From Ascidiella aspersa (lineage: Eukaryota), in contig OZ004609.1 of assembly GCA_963924565.1 (NCBI GenBank), positions 26,350,001 to 26,414,000 of the forward strand: a stretch of DNA of 64,000 nt. Direction: 5' to 3'. Position 1 is the first letter of the stretch. Every line of letters begins with the position of its first letter. The notes beneath the pieces were generated by a model that had not been told where the DNA came from, ran no database searches, and saw only the letters and a list, made by a program, of their open reading frames with translations. The translations under genes were made by a program, and so were the position numbers. Of the stretch, positions 53,801-64,000 are shown in pieces.

Positions 53801-55712
53801 CGATCCGTTCTCGTCCGAAGCGTCAAGCGCTTTAGATTTTGAACCTTTGGAAGAAGGAGATTCTAAAACCGAAGATAAAACGAAACGGCACGAGGATATC
53901 CGAGAGCGGATCCGCCGCTATAAGCAGTCTTCTGGCGAATCTAGTTCATCCGAAAGGCGGCGCAGTAGCAATAGCTCTATTTCCGAATTTTGGCATTCAA
54001 AGCGAGGTATTTTCGCCGCCTTAAATAAGTTCTTTAAAAAGTCTATAGATAACCTCAAAAAAACGTAGTAGTTTGATAGTGGTTAGTGGATAGTAGTTAG
54101 TTGGATAGTGACTTAAAAATCTTATAACTTTGACGGCGTGTAGTGATTTAACTTGTTTAAATCCTAACTTGATTAATCTTGAACCACAGAGTCTTGCCCC
54201 AGCCTTTCCTCTCAACCCTTATCACCGGTTAATCTAAATGAGAAGAACTCTACCGAATCCAGTTCATGGGCAAATCGCAAAAGAAGCCTCACCCGCCTCG
54301 CGGAGATGTATGAGCAAGATGACGACCTTAAAAAGGAAGTATCTGACATACCTGACAGCGATGAGAAACTTCCTGTCGTTGAGACAGAAGAAGAAGGTAT
54401 AGTTGCAATTCAGAGCAAGGTAGAAGAGGCTGAATCCGAAAGTGCGATCAATGTTTTACAAATCGCGTCGTCTGACGAGCAGCAGCAAACTGCAGAATCC
54501 ACTGTTGCAGGTTTGCAAACGCCAACTACCGAAACCGATTCCAAGAAAGCGGTATCAGTAAAGAGCGCCCCAAGCACGCCGACCATGTCTAGGAGAAAAA
54601 CCACCAGCCTTAAACCACCGTCCACTCCGTCCCCGACGCGTCGTCCGCGTACTCCTGTGCTACCCAGAAAACAGTATCACAGTCCTACACCGTCTCCTGC
54701 CAAGTCCCCTGCGCCGTCGCCTGAACGCACGACAAAGCAGAAAAAGACTAAATCAGGAGGTCCTATTAAGAAGACCACAATTCCAAACAAGGCAGCAAAG
54801 GATACAAAGCCCGCTGTTGTCGACAAGGACAAACCTGCGAAGACTGGATCCACTGTGAAGACGTTCATGAAGAAGCTGTCCTACCACGGACCCAAAACTA
54901 AAACTACAACTCCAAAAACACCAAACAAGGCAGTACCCGAGAAAGGCAAGGTAGCGCCCATACAGAAGACCAACGTCAAAAAGAATGTCACGACGCCTAA
55001 AAGCAAGCCGGCGCTGAAAGTTAGTGGGGCAAATAAAGCTACCACGCCCTCTACGCGACCAATGCGCACCCCATCGCCAGCAACTGGCCCCGGTACTACG
55101 CCCAATGTTTCAAGACCAAACACTTTAAATCCTGGCTTCAGGATAACGAAACCTCCTCAATCCTACGCTATAAGCAGCAAGCCTGCTTCGAGGCTTGTTT
55201 CTCCCGTAGCCCAGAGAACAAACAAAACGATCGGCCAAATGCAATCTCTAGGTCGCGACGTGAGGCCGACAGACGTGGCCCGCAAACTCCCAGCAACCCC
55301 GACCAAAGCTGCTAAAAAGGCGCCCGCCAACAAAAAAGGAGGCATCTCAAAACCGACAATGACGCCGAAAAGCGCTGAGGCTGTCTCGTCGTCGTCTTGC
55401 AATCGCGCGTCGAGCGGCAGCGACAAAGAAAACGACGGCGTCGCGAGTCCTGAAGCTCCAACGGACGCAAAGTCGGCGTCTACATTGAAGGAGACCGATT
55501 TGTCCGACAAACAAAGCGATACAGTTAAAGACATTGCCCCCGCAACCACTACCTCACAATCAGCAGCAACAGCAGCAACAGCAGCGCCCTCCAATAATAC
55601 GCCTTCGCCTCGCAACAATGGAGTGCAGATGAATCGCGCCGCAAGATTACGCCTATCCAAGAAAAACATTACATCCAAGAAAACTTCCGCCACTAACCCA
55701 GTGTTCGTATGA
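38835..55712 (+). CDS. FHDC1: FH1-FH2 inverted formin, FHDC1/INF1-like, with a long basic S/T/P-rich tail
   Basis: Exons 38835-39319, 39774-40002, 42137-42198, 48799-48917, 49908-50078, 50674-50852, 51468-51662, 52419-52615, 52817-54006 (or -54064/-54068) and 54190-55712. Polyproline FH1; LNWTKIP lasso; LDGKRSLNVNIFLRQFK; GNYLN; LTDTKANKP (actin-binding Ile and Lys retained); N-terminal FH1-FH2 with no DID/GBD. The symbol is assigned from architecture. Confidence 0.85.
41545..41686 (+). promoter_or_regulatory. Candidate intronic promoter module (reverse CCAAT, GC box, CRE, TATA) in a CpG-rich block
   Basis: ATTGG-GCGG at 41546-41554, TGACGTCA at 41559-41566 and TATAAAG at 41680-41686, inside a GC/CpG-rich stretch ~41040-42030. 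Confidence 0.35.
47626..47876. mobile_element. Degenerate hAT MITE in formin intron 3
   Basis: tagtggttatcaaact...gcgaaccc...tttgagaaccac ends. Confidence 0.6.
54065..54109 (+). promoter_or_regulatory. Cluster of eight RU(1-3)AGU (Musashi-type) RNA motifs
   Basis: gtagtagtttgatagtggttagtggatagtagttagttggatagt has TAGT at 54066, 54069, 54077, 54084, 54091, 54094, 54098 and 54106, each preceded by R or RT. Confidence 0.5.
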
Positions 55713-56322
55713 CCGATATACCGTGTTATTTATTCCGAACGTGGTCCTTCTCGTTTGTAGTTGAATTTTACTCGAAAAACAACGTTAGTTTGTTTGCGGA
55801 TTAAGGGTTACTGTCGTTGCTATTGCAGCTTTCGTACGTAAAATATACGCCAGAAAATCTTAAGTTAAACATTAGAATTAGTGGATTAGATGAGTACTTT
55901 GACAAAGAATGCTATATTTGATTAATGTTCTACTACTTGTTTGACTGTTTTGTAGTTTTTTTTACTACACACTGGTAGGCCTTTAGCCTACATTATTGGC
56001 AAAGTTTAGTTTTAGCGAATTTGACCTTTTGTCATTGTTATTACACGTGCCAAAATTGTTGTATAGGTTTTGTTGGTTTCACTCTACATTTTCGTGGCAC
56101 TATATCAAGATGAAATTCTATTGATTTGGTGATTTTTAACTGCATAGGTTAAGTCAGTCTGCCAGAAGCAAAATGCATCACTTATGTTTTTTTATAAAAA
56201 AGTAACAATATATCCACTAGCGTAGAGCGGCGTTCAAGAGTTTAATAAAGCATATGTCACCTCCATCTAACTGTAAAGGTCGCCTTACCCTCATGGAAAA
56301 CTATTTTTGCAAAGCTCTAGTC

Positions 56323-57453
56323 CAGAGGTTCCCAACGTGGGCGGTACCGCCCCCTTGTGGGCGTTGGCGAGTTACAAGGGGGCGTTTTTGGTCTTTTACT
56401 AATTTGGGGGGCGCTGAACGCACATAAGGGGGCGTTACATGAAAGTACTGATGGCAAAATTTTGTAAAAGGTTCACATAAAAATAGTGACAAACAGCATT
56501 GTAGGTAACTTTTAACCTTATGGCTACTACCGTCCTGCGAACTTGTAGTAGTTTTCCTACCATTGTTACGTAATAATTGGCTTTCTTATGTTAAGTTGTT
56601 CGATGTTGTTGCGTTTCACCGTTTTATACGCGGCAAATTGTTTGTATATTTAAAGCAGGGGTCACCGCCGGATTCGGCCAGCCGCGCCCCTTTGACAACT
56701 AAACATGAGTTCATTTAAAATACTTTTTGACTATTTTACCTTTAGTACGTCGAAAATTTTTTCGCGAATGATCTTTCTACGTCCAGTTTGATTACACATC
56801 TTGAAGCTGTTTCTTGACTAGATCAGCGCTTCTTTACCGTTGCGCCGTGAAATGCTACGAAGTGCGTCACGGAAAAACGGAAAATGTATTAAAAAATATT
56901 ACACATATATTTTTTAACATTTTTTTTGGCAATGTAATAATAAAAACTAGCAGGAAATTTAAAAGAAATGCCGGTATACAAAAAAATCGCGCTCGCTTCG
57001 CTCGCCAGGTGCGCCCGGATTTCAAAACATTAACAAACACTACACTATCTATTAATGTTAACGCGTTTCCTCAAGGTAGCTTTATTACACTTTTCATTAG
57101 TAGGATGGATAAAAAAATGCGGCCAGCGGAGACCTTTCTGAGTTTGGTTGGTGACTAGAAAAGGTTGCCGACCCCTGATTTAAATTGTTAGTGCAGAAAG
57201 TTCTAATTTTTCTGGTAATGACATAACCTGGTGAAATAATGTATCTATAAATTCCCATAGTGAATGTATGTTAGACAACCTAAAATATGACTGACAGCTT
57301 ATCGAAACGAAAGTGAAGTCAATATGATGTTAGACAACGATTAATATAATACTTTACTGTAAAACAAGATGAGGGGGCGATATGAAATAATATTGAGCCC
57401 AAGGGGGCACGAGTGTAAAAAAGGGAAAACACTGCTCTAGTTGGGAAACACTG
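56323..57453. mobile_element. hAT MITE with a nested hAT MITE at 56656-57177
   Basis: Outer TIRs cagaggttcccaac / gttgggaaacactg with a perfect TSD ctctagtc. Inner caggggtc / gacccctg with TSD atttaaag/atttaaat. A reverse-complement copy of the outer right end lies at ~7735-7800. Confidence 0.9.
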
Positions 57454-57881
57454 CTCTAGTCGATGAAACATGCAGTGTAATATTTTTTACATATTTTGGA
57501 AACACAGTTGTGGCCTACAACCATTCTTTGATAGAGCTTCATAGTTGAACAATGGGGTCCTAACATCCTCACTGTTTAGCGCGAAGCATGCGTAATGATT
57601 GAAAACAACAATGCAGTTTTTGCAATTAGCCTATATGTTTTTTTATAGAGATTGCCCCGAAAATTACTCCATTACGTGACGTCACAACGTTACGTCCAAA
57701 CGTGACGTCACAAAGTTTTACCTAAACGTTACTTATAGGTAGCCTTTAAAACACTGTACAGTTCGTTAATTTTGCTAAAATGTTAGACGTGTTATTTTCC
57801 ATACAAAAGCTTTTTTCGGGGAAGCCATTTGACGTACGACGTCTTCGACTGAAACGATTTTTTTATTATAATGGGCTAGGA

Positions 57882-59904
57882 AAGTGCTTCCCAACCGTTT
57901 TCAGTTCGCGACCTACTTCTATTGGGCGAACCACAATGAGATATGACTAAACGAAAGAAAAACAAATAATGAGAAAATAAACAATGCATACACTTGCGAT
58001 TTACTAGCCTATTAATGCGAAACTTGGCTTGCATATTGGATATTATCAAATCAAGTCTGGGCTTGTTTACAGACAAGCTCACACGTAAAGTAGCACTAAT
58101 AGTCAGAGGCGTAGCGAGGGTATTTTGCGCCCGGGGGCAAACTATAAATTTGGCGCCCCCTCCTCCATGTTTAATCACATTTTTTATGGAATTAACATAA
58201 TATACCGTACTTTATACGGAAAACAGTTACGGCGCGTTTTGGTTATACAAACTATACACGTATGACTCACTTAGTCACTGTCAAACATGAAGGATTAACA
58301 ACTATACATTATTTTTCTTGATTTCACTGTCGCTACTGGTCAATCACGTCATCGAAATTTGTTGTTTCCCATGTTTCTCTTTCAACTCTAAGAATAGCAA
58401 AATCTTTCAGACGATCCTGTCCCATTGATGCACGGCGTTGCACGCAGATACGTCAAAATAAGTTTAATTTGCTGAACGACTGCTCACAACTTGCAATTGA
58501 AACTGCTATTGTTAACAGAATTTGTAGTGAAGATCGCATATTTGGAAATAAGTCATCATCAAAACACAATAAAACCAACAAACTCTAAAGGAGAGCTTCA
58601 GTCCGGTTACTAAGCATTCGGCAATCACCAATTTCAATAAAAAGATCGTTGCCATTAAAGTTCGCGCCGTAGAAATTCGCAAAATCTGCACAATTTCCAC
58701 GCGTTGCATCCTCATCTGTGTCAGATAGAAGAGTCTTTAACCTCCAGCAAATATCCAATTTTATTGTTCAGGTCTTTTAGTCGTGTTGACATCTTATATT
58801 GAAGCCGATCAAATACATTCTTCATAACGCGCTCAATTTCATCTTCTAATGAAAGTCGTGCATCCTTTGCCAGTTTTCCAGGCATTTTTTTACGTCAGCT
58901 GATTCTTTTGTCGTCAGCTGATTCTTTTTATCGAGTATTTTGTTTTGGCCTGTTTTACTGCAGCTTGGCTCAAACCATCACGAAATGAGTCTTGGCTTTT
59001 ATAGTGATTTGAATGGTTTAGTTTGGTGTTCATTATGTTTTTTATGATGTCCTATACTTTACATTAAAATTACACGTGTAGGTAACTGAAGACATAGTTC
59101 GTGGATTTGCGATTTGCCAGCTTCGCTACTAATTTTTAATTGTTTTCAGTTACTGGACTAGAACTGCTACTTTTACGACCGATTAGGGCTATGTTTAGTC
59201 GGAACAATTATACGGCATAGTTGTGCAATTGGGTTGGGCACCACTATTACGCCTGTACAAACCAAACTCCGTTTTTTTGCCCAACTTAACGATTGAAACT
59301 TCTAAAAAGAAAAAAAACCGGTCCTATGTAAATTATAGTTTTAACCAAATAAACAGAACTTTTTCGCGCTACGTGCAACCAACGATACACTTTACTTTTA
59401 TTTATGTTGTCTAACCAATATGCAATTCCAAAATACCGAATTGCTTTTGGTAGGGGGGCGCGAAGCGCAGGACAATTACCAAATGGGGGCGCGGTTTAAT
59501 AAAGGTTAAGAACACTAAGCTAGACGAAACCAGCTGCACGCAGAATCAGTATTTTGGCTGCTGTGAATGGCTGGTAACAGCATCAGTCTGGGTGTGGGTT
59601 GCGTATCAGATGACGTCTGCCACAGCCGCTGCTGCGATCTTGCTTGTGATCGTTTTTTGCCCTTATTGTGAAAAATTTGTAAACCTCATTTTGGCGCCCC
59701 TCTACCTTGGCGCCCGGGGACATATGTACCCCCTCGCACCCCCCTAGCTACGTCTCTGCTAAGAGTGTCCGTTTTCAGGCTTTTGAGAGCCTTGGATTTT
59801 CTAATTGTTAGGTTATGTTACATTTCCCGATCTAATGGAAAACTGTAACACTTAGAAATGCTTTGCGAATCGCGACCGACCGGAAATAGCTTCGCGACTC
59901 ACTT
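57882..59904. mobile_element. MITE of the 14821/17721 family, split by a larger hAT insertion
   Basis: Left end aagtgcttcccaaccgttttcagttcgcgacc matches 17721; the right part matches 14950-15020; perfect TSD ggctagga. Confidence 0.85.
58104..59758 (-). mobile_element. Internally deleted hAT transposon with a decayed transposase C-terminal dimerisation domain
   Basis: TIRs cagaggcgtagc / gctacgtctctg; TSD ctaatagt/ctaagagt. The - strand at ~58380-58550 reads FPNMRSSLQILLTIAVSIASCEQSFSKL...MGQDRLKDFAILRVERE with frameshifts (hAT SxASxERSFS motif). Confidence 0.88.
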
Positions 59905-60809
59905 GGCTAGGACATATGCTACTAGTAGAAACATTAACAGAAAAAATGCGTTTTTACAGGGTATGGCCCAGTGGCCCACCTGGAGCCGCCTCTGATGAGT
60001 AGGTTATCTATAAGGAATTTAGAGTTACCGCCTGACTTGTACAACCATATTTCTGACTAATTAGACAAATTACAGCAAAATGCTGGTAATTCTAACGTCA
60101 ATTTATTTCACAAATTGCTTGTGTTCCTTATTTCTAATTCTAAACCAAATTCCGTATATACCAAAAAAGATACTTCGTTCAACCAAAGAGACACACTAGT
60201 AAATTATTTTTAGACATGCTAGTAAATTATTAGGTCTAAAGTTGTACTAATTTTTGTCATTCATTTTCCGATGTGCAAAAAATTCAATTTTATTTAAAAT
60301 TATTGTGGATTAAATAACACGTCCTGAATTGTTTTTCTGCACAGTTGGACATAGGTAACAGCTTATAATGTCAACTCGTAAATTAGTTATCTTTTATAGC
60401 TACTCGTTGACATAATGTTGCTGTACGTTTCTTGGATTAGTTTTAAGTTTATTTAAATTTTTGTTTATGTTTATTAGGTGGGAAAGTTTTTGTTTTATAC
60501 TACACCAATACATTTTTAAATACAGTTTTTGTTGTCCTTGTTTCCGGTAAAATTTACGCGACCCCTATTTTTGGTGTATTACTCATGGACCAGATAACCA
60601 TCATATACAATTTGGCAAAAATTTAACAACACTGGAATTCATGCGTGACGAAACTTAGCGGACCTTCTATATACATAATATTAATATTCTATAATATAAC
60701 TCGTTTGACCGGGAAATTGAGTTTGGTTTAAAAACAATATCTAAAATATTTTGGAAAACTATACACTTATTTAAGAGAAAAAGCTGGTAGATTGTATAGA
60801 AGAAGCGCA

Positions 60810-63301
60810 ATGCCTCGTAAACGGCGCCAAGATGCGTGCAACAAAGAAGAAAAAACAGATTTAGGTGATTCAAAGAAAAGAAGAACCATTAACAGTTGTT
60901 TTAAAAAGCTAATTGAAAATATGTACGGAATGGAGATGCCAGACGATCTGTACCTTTTTCACCAATATTTATCAGAAAAAGATCACAAAGGTACACCAGT
61001 ATGAAATTCAATAAATTGAGGCTAGTCACCTGGACACCAACTAGTTCAAATCGACATATAATCACTAACGGCTTGCAAGCTTAAAAGAACAATTCTGTAA
61101 ATTAGCCTTTAGGGTCCTGAGACTATTTACATGGCTAACAAAGTAATTTAGATCCATGCGCATTTTGTGTCAAAGTTTCCAATCTAGCCCAGAACCCAAA
61201 TCAATGAATAATCACATATTGGTGCAAGCGCGAATGAGCAAACCCGTCAAATATAGCAACTTCCATAAATTAACCTGTTATATGCTTTTAATGTAAGTAA
61301 ACATACAAAACTACCTGTTGCACCTACCACCCCAATTTTTTTGGCTGTGCCCCATAGCATATAAAAAGTTGCAAATTATTTTTTATTTTCACAAATCGAC
61401 CTTAAATTTGCAGGCCATTCCTTCATTTATAAAAATTGATTCCGTGGTGCGTAACTATAAGTTTGATACTGGACAAAATAACATCTTCCAAAACTATATT
61501 AAAACCTATTTATGTTGTCACAAACTAAAGGTAAACTGCATTTTTCATCTCAATAAATTGTTTTTTCTTTATAACAGACAATCTTTCACTTTTGGATTTA
61601 CAACCAGCTGGTCCATTGTGGTATATGTTTCATGACCAAGAGGAGGGTTGTGACATTGATGTTGTTACGTTTCACATGAAATGGCGCTTTTATTATGATG
61701 TGCCAGAATTCTTGACACTATTTATTTCAAAAAACGAACAACAATTAAATCACATTGGCTACTACCGAGATGATCCTGAATCTGTTAATTCAAATTTAGT
61801 TGTTTCCAATTCAGGAAAAAACTGTAAGCTTAACCTTCTTGGAGATAACATTTTTTCAGCCTTCAGGTAAGATTCAGGTTTCTGTTATTTATTTAATTGT
61901 TTAAGCTAAATAAAATATTTACAAAAACTAGACTAGTGTCTTTATAAAATTCTTTCAATACTTTATATATTATATATATATAATATTTATACAGTGATAG
62001 CTAATTAAAATACTTCCCAATTGGTTTGAATTTCCCGAATCTTAAATCAGTATTTATCTAGACATAAAAAATAAAATGTTTTTTTATTTTTAGTGCTATG
62101 ATCAAAGCTGAACTAAAAGAAGGGAAGCCAACAAATTCAAAAAAACTAAATGCCTTTCTTAAACAAATTGAAACTTTTGCTGAAGAGGTAAACTGATATA
62201 AGGTTAACTACAATTGAAAATAATTATGAAAATTATAATTTAAGTCTATTCAAATATATCCAGGAAAACATAGGCTTGCTACCGAAAAGCCAAAAGTTTA
62301 AAGATAGAGAAAAGAAAGTTGTTTGCAAAAGCTTTCATGGGTTGGGAATTGTTGTTCCAGTTGGTAAAGATGGAGTTGGATACAGACCAATACACTACAA
62401 TACAAGTGGGTTTGAAATTATAGTTATAATATATATTTTACATTGTTAGTTGTGACGTTGTGTGAAACCAAAGGGTCTCAATGAAGTTTAGATGAGCCAT
62501 AGGGGACAGTACAGTATATACTAAAAAATACGTATTAACAGAAATTACATAAATGATTATTGCTTGCACTTTTCTATAATAACATAATCAGTTACTTTAT
62601 ATTTTGCTTTAGGAAAAAAATCTGAAAATAAAAAATTAGCTTATTATTATTCTATTATAAGAAAACACTTCTTTGAGCTTTAGATTACTATTAATTTTAT
62701 TTTGTATAGCCGACCTAAAGCGCTTGTTAAAAAAGATCGTTGATGCTAATAATGATAGCGACCGAATCTCCGCTTTCCAACCAATTCAAGAAATGGTTAA
62801 TTATGTACAAATGGCCAACGATGAATGCGACTATGGAATGGGTTTGGAACTTGGAATTGACCTTTTTTGTTATGGATCAACGTAAGTATTATCCAATCCT
62901 ATGCCATATAGTGAAAAAAACAAATCTTAAAAAGAATATAGTTTTTACATATAGCGTTCCCCCCATAGATTGCGACCTTTAGGGGAACATGTAGGGATGG
63001 TGATCTAATAAGGGTTTTGGGGTGGTACACTGGGGTTACGTAAAACCTGTCAAGGCGTGATTGCATAATACATATTATGCGATCATGTTTTTTGTTTGTA
63101 GTCTGTTCTGGAGGTTATCTGTCTTATGAAAGTTAGCAACTTTCTTTGTTTTAATTTCCGAGATTAATTTTAAGGTATTTTCACAAGATGGCCAAGTTGC
63201 TGTTAACTATGGCCTACCAACTTTTAAATCGAGACCTGTATGGAAAGATTTGCGAGAGGCATTTGGACGATAGAAGAGAAAAAGATATGGCTAGGTCGTG
63301 A
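60810..63301 (+). CDS. HPF1: Histone PARylation factor 1 (6 exons)
   Basis: Exons at approximately 60810-60991, 61578-61866, 62094-62187, 62264-62406, 62710-62881 and 63175-63301. Motifs [33 protein letters not shown] and catalytic [18 protein letters not shown]. Confidence 0.93.
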
Positions 63302-63899
63302 AATGCCGCAATCAACGAAAAACATCGCACTTCTCGGGTAATCAATGTGTTGATTGCAAGCATACATAATAGAAACTTGCTTTACACACTTGTCAAACTG
63401 CCGTATGTTATTTCCACGGACTCAAAAATAACGTTGGGTTTGATCCACAGCACTTATGTACTTTGCATCTCGAAACAATGCAAATCGGCAAACGAGTGCA
63501 TTACTCGGAATTGATGAAGCCTAGGAAATGTTCTTCTTACACAAGGCTGTCACGAAAACACACATTGTCTTTTTCAAATTCTGTTTTCTGCTTTTTGCAA
63601 AGGTTATCTTTCCCCAAATTTATAACCTCAAAATACTAAACGTTGTTTATACACCCTGCACGCCATCATATCATTGATTTGTATGAGTTGTTGATCACTT
63701 AAAGTGTTAGGGATGGTGCTTTGCAGCGCAAAGTAATCGCTTACATAAAAAAATATGCGGATTTTAAGTATTTTAAAACTATATTTAATATTCAAAGGTT
63801 CAGTAGTTCTATATTTAAACTACAACATTTACGTTACGCAAGTTAAACTGCAGCCGGGACAGCTTCTTTAATTGAAGTATTGTCGCTAAACAAAATTAT

Positions 63900-64000
63900 T
63901 TAGTCTTGGGAAAAATGAGAAAGTTGGTCTTTGTCCACTGCATTTTTTTGTGCGAAGGGACTGCCAGTTAGGTTCTGCTGCAACGAGATGCTGTCAACTA
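63900..64000 (-). CDS. Possible last coding segment of a convergent gene entering from the right edge (...VDSISLQQNLTGSPFAQKNAVDKDQLSHFSQD*)
   Basis: One open frame runs from the window edge to TAA at 63902-63900; no recognisable motif. Confidence 0.25.
   Translation of the reverse strand, partial: VDSISLQQNLTGSPFAQKNAVDKDQLSHFSQD

Noticed and set aside
52952-55693. Long - strand ORFs (153 aa, 176 aa and others)
   Set aside because: Antisense shadows of the GC-rich formin tail exons.

Overview
AT-rich, intron-containing animal genomic DNA. An ascidian tunicate is my inference from compact genes, patchy CpG depletion and dense hAT MITEs. Genes, reconstructed by hand from splice sites and reading frames: the 3' end of an unidentified + gene; two diverged MBOAT7/LPIAT1-like acyltransferase paralogs (-) flanking an intronless glycerol kinase 5 (-); a 13-exon 5-HT3/ZAC-like cation-selective Cys-loop receptor subunit (+); a decayed Gypsy integrase/PPT/LTR interrupted by an 802-bp insertion; cathepsin A (+); a large FHDC1/INF1-like formin (+); HPF1 (+). 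There are many non-autonomous hAT elements, some nested three deep. The most striking observation is the Cys-loop subunit, whose loop C is expanded by ~45 residues through a frame-obligate exon carrying HEEEDEDEHADHED, whose loop D Trp is replaced by Arg, and whose portal residues are all acidic, suggesting a non-amine (metal/proton?) gated, high-conductance channel. Second is a splice/termination switch at the formin tail, flanked by eight Musashi-type RU(1-3)AGU motifs in 45 nt. All identifications rest on recalled family motifs; no database searches were run.
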